Shown: in pieces, positions 36,377 through 46,061 of the stretch | Layout of the letters: each line of letters begins with the position of its first letter | Numbering within the stretch: position 1 is the stretch's first letter | Assembly: GCA_003141835.1 (NCBI GenBank) | Contig: PLNR01000005.1 | Location: 1 to 51,107 of the forward strand | Source of the DNA: Candidatus Omnitrophota bacterium | GTDB taxonomy: Bacteria; Omnitrophota; Gorgyraeia; Pluralincolimonadales; Pluralincolimonadaceae | DNA: 51,107 nucleotides | Reading direction: 5' to 3' | Translations under genes and position numbers: made by a program | The notes under the pieces: model-generated | What the model was told of the DNA's origin: nothing | What the model saw: only the letters and a program-made list of their open reading frames with translations | Database searches by the model: none

Positions 36377-37064
36377 GTTCGAGTTTTCCCGAGAGTATAG
36401 ACAGGCTTTTTTGCCCGTAGTTAAAGATCAGGTCCATTATCGACATATACGGTATGAACGGGTGATATAATTGGTTATACGCGGGATGAGTGAAATCCTG
36501 GAATTTGAGCTTTATCTTCTCTTTGGTGAATTTTGCCGCGTCGATATAATCGTATGCGCCGGTCCCGGACAGGTACGTGTCGGCGTTCAAGCACTTGCAA
36601 ATGTTGATCAACCTGTCGGTGCTGTTGCCGTCGATCTTCAAATGAGAGGCAAAATATATCTTCCGTTCGATACCCAGGTAACTCAGTATATATTTTGTTA
36701 TGAAGATATTCAGGTCGACCAACCTGTCCCAGCGCTTGAAGTATACCGCGTCGAGGAACGGGCCGTGCTCTTTAAAATGTTTTGCCCTGTTGTAATTTAT
36801 TTTAATGCTCTGCCAGTGCTTGTGCTGCCAGCAGACTTTGTTGTTTATCTCGACTTCGTTCAAGGCCTGCCCGAAATGCCCTTTTGTTATGACCGGGACG
36901 GTCAGCCAGATCCAGCCGTCCTTTGTCCTTATCCGGTTCCTGTTCTGGAAGCTGCCCTTGGCGAACTGGACGTTATCGAGCAGGACGAAACTCTCGGCGC
37001 TCTCTATTTTGTCGAAATAGCCGAGCCAGGGCAAATATTGAGGCTGATGGATAGAGATATTCAT
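36342..37064 (-). CDS. WbqC-family protein
   Basis: IHQPQYLPWLGYF, QNRNRI, WLTVPV, YLSG, MSIMDLIFN. Start reassigned to ATG 37064. Confidence 0.9.
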   Translation of the reverse strand: MNISIHQPQYLPWLGYFDKIESAESFVLLDNVQFAKGSFQNRNRIRTKDGWIWLTVPVITKGHFGQALNEVEINNKVCWQHKHWQSIKINYNRAKHFKEHGPFLDAVYFKRWDRLVDLNIFITKYILSYLGIERKIYFASHLKIDGNSTDRLINICKCLNADTYLSGTGAYDYIDAAKFTKEKIKLKFQDFTHPAYNQLYHPFIPYMSIMDLIFNYGQKSLSILSGKLEHEYISDRGASG

Positions 37065-37083
37065 CTTTTTGCGAATAATACGC

Positions 37084-37112
37084 ATTATGATTAGAAAACG
37101 TCCCCTTGTCAA
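37084..37112 (-). promoter_or_regulatory. Sigma70-type promoter for the wbqC operon
   Basis: Minus strand TTGACA-17 bp-CATAAT. Confidence 0.7.
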
Positions 37113-37182
37113 GAAAAAAAGGCCGAAATCCGAGATCGGGCCCGTTGTGTGCCCGGCCGGCGGCGGTGATATTTTTCGCTCC

Positions 37183-37211
37183 TTGACAATCATGCGTATT
37201 TTATGTATAAT
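37183..37211 (+). promoter_or_regulatory. Consensus sigma70 promoter for the giant protein/RiPP operon
   Basis: TTGACA-17 bp-TATAAT, perfect consensus; AAGGAG RBS before ATG 37258. Confidence 0.8.
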
Positions 37212-37257
37212 TATACAGCGAAAATAGTTAGGAAGATCTTAAGGAGAGCGGATTTGC

Positions 37258-40200
37258 ATGATAGTTAGGCGTAGGTCTAACAAGAAAAAGGGATTTTTTA
37301 ACGAGATAAGGGCGGGATATTTTCCCGCCCTTTTGCTTTTTGCGGCGGTATTTTCGCTGGTTGCCGTCAGCAATGAGGCCGTTGCGGGCGCCCTCGGCCT
37401 CGTATTAAATGGAGATTTTGAAGAAGGCAGCACGGGAGGATTAGGCACGATCACTAGCTGGAACAGCTGGGGCGGCAGCGGCTACCATCACAACGATTAT
37501 AACCATACGATCAGCGGTTCAAAGGCGGTAAAGATCTGGTGGGATGACTCCGGCATATGGCAGAATTTTGCCGTAAGCGCTAGTACGGATTATTACTTTA
37601 ATGCTTATTTTTATAATCTATCTACCGACCCCTTGCACATTTGGAAGGGGTACCTTAAAGTCGAGTGGTATTTATCAGATGGATCTACGAAGATCTCGGA
37701 AGATACGATAGGCTTGCTTTATCCGGATGGTACCGATCCTTATAATATTTGGAAAAATGTATCCGCAAAAATTACGTCACCGGCCACTGCCGCTTACGGC
37801 AGGCCGGTCTTTGGGGTAAAAGACTGGACCTCGGCCGGCCCTTCGGGGGCGGTAAGCTTAGATGATCTGTATGCCGGCACATCCGCTCCGTCGGGACCCA
37901 CTGTGGGAGGCACCGCCTACACCGATGACACTGAGGCTACACCAATAGCCAGCGCGCCCGTTAAAGTGATCGTCTACGACAGCTCGTTGTCCAGGACGTC
38001 CATTTTTACGGCCACAACAAACGGCAGCGGCGTCTATTCCGTGACCCTGCAAAGCGGAGAGCTCGGCGCCGGCGATATAATCTGCGCCTACCTCGACGGC
38101 AGCGATAAGGCTACCTCCGTCTATAGGTGCGGGGGCACAAGCAACGTATCCAACCTAAACCTTTATAAAAACAATGTCGTCGTGTTTAATAACGACACAA
38201 CCGACATGACAAACGATGACCTTTACAAGGTTGACGACGGTAATGCAAATATACTCTATTCCGTCTCCGCCGCCTCAAGCGGCAACCTCACCGTCGACAG
38301 CAATATCGAACTCTTCCTCGAAGGCTCGAGCTCTAAAACCTTCGCCCCGGGAGGCAGTGTGACCCTCCAGGGCACAGGGGCCTTGAAGATAGAGTCAGGG
38401 GCGACGTTGAGCATGGCAAGTTTTGCCCTCACAGTCCCGGATAACTTGACAAACGCAGGCACCATAACCCAAACATCTTCAGGCACTACGACCCTCACAG
38501 GCACAACCAAGACCGTAACAGGCGGCGGCTCGACAACGTTCTATAACCTGACAGTGTCGGGCACGTATACCTTAAGTACCAACATAAAGGCATCCAATAC
38601 CCTGACCATAGACGACAATAAATACCTGTCAGTAAATGCGTCAAGCGCCTCAGTGACGGTCGAGGTCGGGGGAAGCATAGTAAATAACGGGAACGCTGCC
38701 GGCGAAGGCATAGTCCTTGCGAATTCGACCAATTCGATAATAATAAAGGGCTCGGCAGGCGCCAAGAGGGCCCTTACCAACAATAACATCGACTTTAACG
38801 GTAAGACCGTCCACCTCGATAACATGGACGTCCAGGTGGCGACTAACCTAGGTGCGGCAGGCGACACCATAGTCCTCGACTCAGCCTGCGAGTTCGACGA
38901 TATGACGGTCAACCCCGGCACGCTTAATAACTCGGGAGGCTACGATTTAACGGTAAGCGGCAGCTGGGAGGTCTCCGGCACGGGGACTTTCACGCCGGGC
39001 ACAGGCACAGCCTCGGTGAGCTTAACCGGCACAGCCAAGAACATAACCACCACCTCCAGTAATTCCTGCGCCTTTTATAACCTGGTCGTCTCAGGCAGTT
39101 ATACCCTGCAATCGTCTATAGGGGTGGCCCATAATATGACGATCAGCAGTACGGGCACCCTGGATGCCTCTAATAAGACTATCACCCTGACGGGCAGCGC
39201 GGGCAATTTTGATGTTGAGGGTACCTTCACTTACGGCACTTCTACGGTTGTCATACAGGCAACAGGCGATATCCAGGGCGCAGCCAGCGGCGGTACTTTT
39301 AAAGCCGGATTTTATAATTTGACTATCGGTAAAGTGTCGGCGACCCCGACTGTAACAGTCACCGCCGGCGGCACGTGGGAAGGCATACAGGTTTATCATA
39401 CCCTGACCATACTATCGGGAGCCACTCTTACCGGCGTCGCCGACAGAAAAGTCCAGATGCTAAACGGCTCGACGGTAGTCAACAGCGGCACGTGCAACCC
39501 GGTAGAGTTCGAGTTTAACCTTGGCAGCAGCGCAGGCACCGCCACCATGGGCGGCGGCAGTTACACAGGCGACCACATCCAGATCGTCCAGGGCACAGTG
39601 ACCCTGGCCGGGGCCGTGACCGCCTCTTATGAGTGGAGAATAGGTTATTGGCAATCTAACTCGCCCGGTGTCCTTAACCTTAATGGTTATAATCTTACAT
39701 CCTCAGGAAGTATTATCCTCGGGCAACATACATTCGGGGACCAGGTAGGCCAGCTAACCACCGGTTCGGGAAGCATAACTGCGCTCAACCTTTTTGTAAA
39801 CGAGACGATAACCAGCGGCGGCGACCACTGTTCTATTACCGTGGGAAGCGGCAGTGTTTGCACTTTTTCAGGAGCAGTTTTGACCCACGCGAACGGCATC
39901 ATTACAAATAACGGTTCGATCATTTGCGGAAATTTCACTAACGAGAGCGGCGGTACCTATACCGCCAATACCGCAAGCTGTTCCATATCCTGCGCGGATT
40001 TCACCAATGACGGGACGTTTACCAACAGCCAGACCAATACCGTATCCGCCTCGGGAAATGTGGCAATAACCGCTTTCGGCGCCACAACCACCAAGAACAC
40101 CCTTACCATGACAGGCGACGGCAAATACATAAATTCCAGCGCGAATCTGGGCAATCTCGTCAATAACGGCGGTACCACCGGCAGCAGGAATTATATCCAT

Positions 40201-43200
40201 ACCAATAACCTGGTCCTCGACGGGACGTTTACAAACAACTCCGGGAAATATTTTACCACCCTTGACGACGACGCCTTGACCAGCAGGAACCTCACTACCG
40301 GCGCCGGCGGCGTAAACGGCACGATAAGTATAAACGGCCCTTTCTACGCGAACGCCTCGACGATAACCATTGACGACGCCGCAACAGGCAACTTCGATGT
40401 GAACGTACAGGCTAATTTTCAATGGGGCACTTCTCTCGTCGACCTTAAGGGCACGGGCTCGATAATCGGCCATAGCCACTACATAACTTTCAATAGTTTG
40501 ACCTGCGGCTATGCCGGCAAGACTACTTCGATCAACATGGGCGCCGACTGGATGGGCTTCGATATCCATGGGACGTTGACCGTCGGGACAGGCGTTCTCC
40601 AGCAAAGCATCGCTAATCAAAAGATTTTTGTATACGGCGCTACGATCGTAAACAGCGGCACAATTTACGTGACGGAGCTTTGGTTCGACTTAGCCGCCCC
40701 CACCATCATGAATGGCGGGGATCTATCGACCACCCAGATATTTATTGCCAACGGCGCCACATTGACCCTTACCGGGAACGTGACCCATTCCGGAAATTGG
40801 CAGACAGGCCATCAGGGCCAGAATACGACTAACGTCCTTAACGTCAACCAGTACAATATTGTAAGTTCGGGATGGTTCGACGCGGGAGAATGGAACCTGA
40901 CCGAATTTGCATGCGTAGGCCAGGTGAACGTTACGACAGGCAACATCACGGTAGGATTGGATATGCATGTATATCCCAGAAAAAACGGCTCTGATGTCTC
41001 TTCCATTAATTTAGGAAGCGGCACTCACAGCATCGGGCTTGAACTTGGTATTGTAACGAGCGGCACCGTCCCTGAATCCACCGCAAATGGCGTGCTCACT
41101 CTTTCAAGCGCCACAACCACCGTAGGGGGGAATTTTAAGAACCTGGGGACTTCCGCCCAGGTCATCGCCAACGGCGGCACGCTCATATTTAACGACAATA
41201 CCAGGACCTCTACCATATACGGAAGCAGCTCATTTTATAACCTGACCTGCGCGACCGCGGGCAAGACATTGCTTTTTAATGTGGAAACGGGCCTTAATAA
41301 TTACATCACGACCGTCACCCGCAACCTGAATTTTTCCGGCAGCTCGGGTACAGGCAACAAGATCACTCTGGGCCGTTCGGACGGAAGCGGTTCACAGCAA
41401 TGGGCCATATATCCGGCGGGTTCTAAGGGCGCCTCGCCCGGTTGGACGGTTGCGTACGTGGATGTGTCGAATTCCGTAAACCTCAATAGCAATTATATCA
41501 ATCCCGATAATTCCAACGACGGCGGGAATAACAGCAACTGGTTTTCTCCGACCCTGGTCAAATTATCGGCTTTTTACGCCATCGGTTATTTTGACAAGGT
41601 GGGGGTATATTGGAAGACGGCCTCGGAATACAATAACGCGGGTTTTAATGTTTACGTAAGCGAGAATCCCGGCGGCCCGTATAAGAAGCTGAATCCCGCG
41701 TTGATCGCCGGCCTGGGCACATCCACTACCGGAGGGGAATATTCATATACCGATACCGGCATAATAAACAAAAGGACTTATTATTATAAACTGGAGGACG
41801 TGGAATTAAGCGGCCGCTCAAAGATGCACGGGCCGGTAGCGGCCCATCCGGGCCTGGATTCGGACGGCGACGGTATGACTGACGATTGGGAGACCTATTA
41901 CGGGCTTGACCCGCATAATCCCAACGACGCCTTGCTTGACCCGGACGGCGACGGGCTCACTAATTTAGATGAATTTTTGAAGGGTACGGACCCGACACAA
42001 AAAGATGAAGAGGCGCAGGAGGGAGTGCGCATAATCAGTTCGGACGAAACAGGCATAACCCTGGAGCTCGTAACCTCAGAATTTAAAGCGACTCCTAAAA
42101 AAATAGACAAAGTCACATACCAGGTCCTTAAGATCCCCGGATATGAGCACGGGTATACCGACGAACCGGGAAAGCCCCAAATGCCGCTCAAGCCGGTCCT
42201 CTTGGGTATCCCGCAAGACGTATCCTGCGCTATTGCGGACCTGGACCTTGATGTGACCGAGCTGTCCGGATACAATATCTATCCTGTCAGGAGTTCCCGC
42301 CTTGTAGACGACCTAAGGAAAACAATGGCCGGAAAAGAAGACCTGAAAGCGGAAAAACCAGTGTTCAAAAAGATAGAATCACATCTCGTAATAGACGAGA
42401 AATTTTATTCCACGGATACTTATTATCCTGCCGATATAGTCAGCCTCGGGTTTGTGGGAGATATGAGAGGCCAAAGAACGGCTTGCGTGGACATCTCCCC
42501 GCTGGTTTTCAACCCGGCCCAGCACAGCTTAAAATTTTATAAAAGGATAAAGTTCAAATTGCAATTTAAGAGTGCCGAAGCCGGTCCTCCGATAGGGCCG
42601 CCCCCGTCTTCGCCGAGCCTGGATGCCAAGATAAAGATATACACAACGAAAGAAGGATTGTGCCGGATAGGATGGGACGCGCTTTGGAATGCCAAATTTT
42701 ATGATGCCATCTGGCTGGATCCGCGCAAGATAAGGCTTTATAACAAGGGCCAGGAAGTGGCAATACGCATCGCCGGGGAAGAGGACGGGAGGTTCAATAG
42801 CGACGACTACATCGAATTTTACGCCCAGGCCAATAATTCAAAATATTCAACGGAGAACGTCTATTGGCTCACCTACACCCAGGGAAAAGGCCTGAGGATG
42901 GAGAATATTCCCAGTAGCCCCGGTGTCCCGGTCGCGGTCCCGGACAGGTATAGGGCGAAAGTGCACCTCGAGAAGAACGATTTTTACTGGGGTGAGCGCG
43001 AAGGCCCCGAAGATATCGACCGCTGGTTCTGGAGCAGCTACATCTGGGGAGGTACCGAGGTCAATTACCCTATAGGCCTTAAGGATGTAAACCCCCTCCA
43101 TCCGGGAGACGAAGCGAGAGTGAAGATCGCCTATTATGCCCTGTTTGACGTCGACCATCATACGTTGTCCCGCCTGAATGGCGGGACCGTCAATGATGCG

Positions 43201-44922
43201 TCATGGACGGGCCAATGTGAGCATGTGGCGGAGGTGAGCGTGCCGCAGAACGTTCTCGCCGAGGGGGGTAATACCATAACCCTGGCGGCGCAACTTGCCC
43301 CGGGGACAGAATATGACTTGCTTGTGCCCAATTATTTTGAGGTGGAGTACTGGCGGAATTTCGTCGCGTCCGACAATGCCCTGGATTTTTCTTACAGGCC
43401 GGTTGGCGGCGGAGTGACAGAATTTAATATATCCGGGTTTACGAAAGATAATGTCGAATTATTTGATATAACCGAACCGGCCAGGGCCAGGTACGTTACC
43501 GGGTCCGAGACCGTATTCCAACCGAACGGTTCATATTCGCTGGTATTTAAATACGATTTTAAACCGGATGAAGGGAAGAGGTTCCTCGCCTTGACCCCGG
43601 ATAAAGCGGATCCGGCCGGGCGCTTAAAGATCTACGCGCCTTCGGGCCTCTCTTCACCGGAAAACAAGGCCGATTATATAATGATCTCGTACGGGGCCTT
43701 TAAAGACAACCTCTACCCCCTTAAGAGATTGTATGAAAGGAAGGGGCTAAGCGTCAGCGTGGTCGACGTAGAGGATGTATACGATGAGTTTAATTACGGC
43801 CTAATGAGCCCCTATGCGATAAAGGATTTTTTAAGGTACGCCTATAATACATGGCAGCGCCCGGCGCCTACATACGTGCTTCTGGTCGGAGACGCAAATT
43901 ACGATTACAGGGATAACCTGGGTTCCGGAAAAATAAACTACGTCCCCGCTTATCTTTTGCCCAACACGCCGTATCTGGGCGAGACCGCTTCGGACAACTG
44001 GTTCGTATGCTTGGACCCTCCCCAGCTTATCGCCGGTCAGGTCCAGGATGATGTATTGCCGGATATGTTCATCGGCAGGATCCCCGCGAGCGGGAAGGAT
44101 GAGGTCGATAACGTGGTCAAAAAGATCATAGATTATACCTCCCTGCCTTACAGGTATCAGAGCAAAAAAGTCACTTTTGCGGCAGATGACGAGGCTATCT
44201 TTGAACAGACCTCTGATAACCTGGTGCAATACCTGCCCGGGAACATGATCCCGTCGAAATTATATCTTTCCGGCTATACGGATTATTCGCGGTTTACCCG
44301 GGACCTGATAAACGAGATCAATAGCGGCACGGTCTTGCTGAATTACGCAGGACACGGCTCGACCAACCTTTGGACCGAGGAGGAATTATTTAATACGGGC
44401 ACGGTCGGCCTGTTAAATAATTACCGCAAGTATCCCTTTGTCGTCTCCTTCGATTGCCTGGACGGTTATTTCCTTGACCCGGACGACGGGTTTAGGTCTA
44501 TGGCCGAGGTGTTTTTAAATAAAAAAGATGCCGGCGCGATCGCCTGTTTTTCTCCTACGGGCATGGGAATGCCGGAAGGGCAGCAAGCCTTAAGCGAAGA
44601 ATTATTTAAGTCGATCTTTGTGGACGGTAATTACAGGCTCGGCCCGGCCACGACCCGGGCGAAGATCAACTTTTATTCCAGGATGGGAGGGCAGTATAAG
44701 GACCTGATAGAGACGCAGACTCTCTTCGGAGACCCGGCCTTGTCTTTAAAGACGGGAGTAAAAGAGGAGAAGAAGTGGCGGAAGAAATCATTGGGCCGGC
44801 AGCCCCTGGCGGTTTCCTCAGACGATGATTTTAAGGACATCCTCCAGCAGCTTATGCAAAACGCCAAAGATAGCGGGAAATGGGGCAACGGTTTTAAAAG
44901 ATCCAGAAGGCCGGAAGACTAG
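37258..44922 (+). CDS. 2554-aa secreted protein: CBM-like head, beta-helical repeat stalk, Ig/Fn3-like module, Ca-binding repeats, propeptide and C25 (gingipain/PorU-family) peptidase
   Basis: Signal peptide; NGDFEEG head; G/T/S/N-rich repeats (FYNLT); DSDGDG/DPDGDG; VEDVYDEFNYG, YVLLVGDA, SDNWF, PDMFIGRIP, YAGHGS (His2366), SFDCLDG (Cys2400), LFGDP. Confidence 0.88.
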   Translation: MIVRRRSNKKKGFFNEIRAGYFPALLLFAAVFSLVAVSNEAVAGALGLVLNGDFEEGSTGGLGTITSWNSWGGSGYHHNDYNHTISGSKAVKIWWDDSGIWQNFAVSASTDYYFNAYFYNLSTDPLHIWKGYLKVEWYLSDGSTKISEDTIGLLYPDGTDPYNIWKNVSAKITSPATAAYGRPVFGVKDWTSAGPSGAVSLDDLYAGTSAPSGPTVGGTAYTDDTEATPIASAPVKVIVYDSSLSRTSIFTATTNGSGVYSVTLQSGELGAGDIICAYLDGSDKATSVYRCGGTSNVSNLNLYKNNVVVFNNDTTDMTNDDLYKVDDGNANILYSVSAASSGNLTVDSNIELFLEGSSSKTFAPGGSVTLQGTGALKIESGATLSMASFALTVPDNLTNAGTITQTSSGTTTLTGTTKTVTGGGSTTFYNLTVSGTYTLSTNIKASNTLTIDDNKYLSVNASSASVTVEVGGSIVNNGNAAGEGIVLANSTNSIIIKGSAGAKRALTNNNIDFNGKTVHLDNMDVQVATNLGAAGDTIVLDSACEFDDMTVNPGTLNNSGGYDLTVSGSWEVSGTGTFTPGTGTASVSLTGTAKNITTTSSNSCAFYNLVVSGSYTLQSSIGVAHNMTISSTGTLDASNKTITLTGSAGNFDVEGTFTYGTSTVVIQATGDIQGAASGGTFKAGFYNLTIGKVSATPTVTVTAGGTWEGIQVYHTLTILSGATLTGVADRKVQMLNGSTVVNSGTCNPVEFEFNLGSSAGTATMGGGSYTGDHIQIVQGTVTLAGAVTASYEWRIGYWQSNSPGVLNLNGYNLTSSGSIILGQHTFGDQVGQLTTGSGSITALNLFVNETITSGGDHCSITVGSGSVCTFSGAVLTHANGIITNNGSIICGNFTNESGGTYTANTASCSISCADFTNDGTFTNSQTNTVSASGNVAITAFGATTTKNTLTMTGDGKYINSSANLGNLVNNGGTTGSRNYIHTNNLVLDGTFTNNSGKYFTTLDDDALTSRNLTTGAGGVNGTISINGPFYANASTITIDDAATGNFDVNVQANFQWGTSLVDLKGTGSIIGHSHYITFNSLTCGYAGKTTSINMGADWMGFDIHGTLTVGTGVLQQSIANQKIFVYGATIVNSGTIYVTELWFDLAAPTIMNGGDLSTTQIFIANGATLTLTGNVTHSGNWQTGHQGQNTTNVLNVNQYNIVSSGWFDAGEWNLTEFACVGQVNVTTGNITVGLDMHVYPRKNGSDVSSINLGSGTHSIGLELGIVTSGTVPESTANGVLTLSSATTTVGGNFKNLGTSAQVIANGGTLIFNDNTRTSTIYGSSSFYNLTCATAGKTLLFNVETGLNNYITTVTRNLNFSGSSGTGNKITLGRSDGSGSQQWAIYPAGSKGASPGWTVAYVDVSNSVNLNSNYINPDNSNDGGNNSNWFSPTLVKLSAFYAIGYFDKVGVYWKTASEYNNAGFNVYVSENPGGPYKKLNPALIAGLGTSTTGGEYSYTDTGIINKRTYYYKLEDVELSGRSKMHGPVAAHPGLDSDGDGMTDDWETYYGLDPHNPNDALLDPDGDGLTNLDEFLKGTDPTQKDEEAQEGVRIISSDETGITLELVTSEFKATPKKIDKVTYQVLKIPGYEHGYTDEPGKPQMPLKPVLLGIPQDVSCAIADLDLDVTELSGYNIYPVRSSRLVDDLRKTMAGKEDLKAEKPVFKKIESHLVIDEKFYSTDTYYPADIVSLGFVGDMRGQRTACVDISPLVFNPAQHSLKFYKRIKFKLQFKSAEAGPPIGPPPSSPSLDAKIKIYTTKEGLCRIGWDALWNAKFYDAIWLDPRKIRLYNKGQEVAIRIAGEEDGRFNSDDYIEFYAQANNSKYSTENVYWLTYTQGKGLRMENIPSSPGVPVAVPDRYRAKVHLEKNDFYWGEREGPEDIDRWFWSSYIWGGTEVNYPIGLKDVNPLHPGDEARVKIAYYALFDVDHHTLSRLNGGTVNDASWTGQCEHVAEVSVPQNVLAEGGNTITLAAQLAPGTEYDLLVPNYFEVEYWRNFVASDNALDFSYRPVGGGVTEFNISGFTKDNVELFDITEPARARYVTGSETVFQPNGSYSLVFKYDFKPDEGKRFLALTPDKADPAGRLKIYAPSGLSSPENKADYIMISYGAFKDNLYPLKRLYERKGLSVSVVDVEDVYDEFNYGLMSPYAIKDFLRYAYNTWQRPAPTYVLLVGDANYDYRDNLGSGKINYVPAYLLPNTPYLGETASDNWFVCLDPPQLIAGQVQDDVLPDMFIGRIPASGKDEVDNVVKKIIDYTSLPYRYQSKKVTFAADDEAIFEQTSDNLVQYLPGNMIPSKLYLSGYTDYSRFTRDLINEINSGTVLLNYAGHGSTNLWTEEELFNTGTVGLLNNYRKYPFVVSFDCLDGYFLDPDDGFRSMAEVFLNKKDAGAIACFSPTGMGMPEGQQALSEELFKSIFVDGNYRLGPATTRAKINFYSRMGGQYKDLIETQTLFGDPALSLKTGVKEEKKWRKKSLGRQPLAVSSDDDFKDILQQLMQNAKDSGKWGNGFKRSRRPED

Positions 44923-44939
44923 GACCTGTCCGAGGGGAG

Positions 44940-45782
44940 ATGAAAAGAGAGCTTAAAATAGAGGTCGCTAACCATGTCGTGGGCCTCAACATCGATGAAG
45001 AGCGCCACCCGTCTTTTATAAAAGACGTCCTTGGGGCGTATAATATGTTCATTTCCGGCGCTGAGCCGACGATCTCCGTCGATGTAGAGTTAACCGGCGA
45101 TGCGCCTCCGGAATACTTCCCTTCTTCAAGGCTCATTTTTGAAAATAACACTATTGCCATAGAAGATGACTGTCTTTTAGGCAGTTTAGACCTGAAAAAA
45201 AAGCGCGGCCGGATAAAATTAAATCCCGTAAATCCCCTGTATCCGCTGGGCACATTCCTGAGGAATGTTTATACGTTTTTGGTGGTACTGGAAGACAAAG
45301 GGGTAGCCCTGCACGCAGTTGGCGTATTGGAAGAGGAAGAGGCGCATGTATTTATCGGTCCGTCAACCGCGGGCAAGTCCACCGTGGCGAGCCTCTCCCC
45401 GGGCAAAGTCATCCTGAGCGACGACCTGATACTTGCCAAAAAAGTTAACGGAGAATTTAAAGTTTTTCCTACCCCGGCCTGGGGCGACAGGCAAACAGGG
45501 CCGAGGCGGAACAGGCCTTACCGGATAAAGAATTTGTTTAAATTAATAAAAGACAAGACGGTGTACCTGGAAAAATTCTCGCCCGCGTATGCCTTGGCGA
45601 ATATATTTACCGTACCCCATATACCGGCTGAATTGATCCCAGAGGACGAGTTGCTGACTACATTTTCAGAACTTTTATCCGCTGTGCCGTGTTATGGGAT
45701 GCATTTCCTGCCGGAGCCGTCGTTCTGGCGGCATATCGAAGGGCTTAAACCTGAAATAGAGTTCTCAAAGAGAGAGAGTTGA
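44940..45782 (+). CDS. HPr-kinase-related P-loop protein
   Basis: LHAVGV, FIGPSTAGKST (Walker A) and ILSDD, the HPrK-type signature. Confidence 0.75.
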   Translation: MKRELKIEVANHVVGLNIDEERHPSFIKDVLGAYNMFISGAEPTISVDVELTGDAPPEYFPSSRLIFENNTIAIEDDCLLGSLDLKKKRGRIKLNPVNPLYPLGTFLRNVYTFLVVLEDKGVALHAVGVLEEEEAHVFIGPSTAGKSTVASLSPGKVILSDDLILAKKVNGEFKVFPTPAWGDRQTGPRRNRPYRIKNLFKLIKDKTVYLEKFSPAYALANIFTVPHIPAELIPEDELLTTFSELLSAVPCYGMHFLPEPSFWRHIEGLKPEIEFSKRES

Positions 45783-45784
45783 CC

Positions 45785-46060
45785 ATGGATATGAAGACCA
45801 GGATACCGGCCAGGTCCGGCAAGACCGCTTCAAGGGTCATAGACGGGGAAGCCGTTATAGTCCTTTTGGATAAACAGGAGACCATTGTCTTGAGCGACGT
45901 CGGTTCGCGCATATGGGAGATCATGGACGGCAAGAAGGATATAGGCGAGATCAGCGGCGCGATCATATCGGAATTCGACGCCACGCATGAAGAGGCATTG
46001 AAAGACATTACCGAGTTCGTGGAGGATATGGTACAGAGAGGGGCGGTGGAGGTCAAATAA
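45785..46060 (+). CDS. PqqD-family RiPP recognition element (RRE)
   Basis: RVIDGEAVIV...LSDVGSRIWEIMDG...EFD...DITEFVEDM..RG. Confidence 0.92.
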   Translation: MDMKTRIPARSGKTASRVIDGEAVIVLLDKQETIVLSDVGSRIWEIMDGKKDIGEISGAIISEFDATHEEALKDITEFVEDMVQRGAVEVK

Positions 46061-46061
46061 G

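Noticed and set aside
44750-44922. T9SS C-terminal domain or PEP-CTERM signal on the giant protein
   Set aside because: The tail is a short charged, helical-looking segment without either signature.
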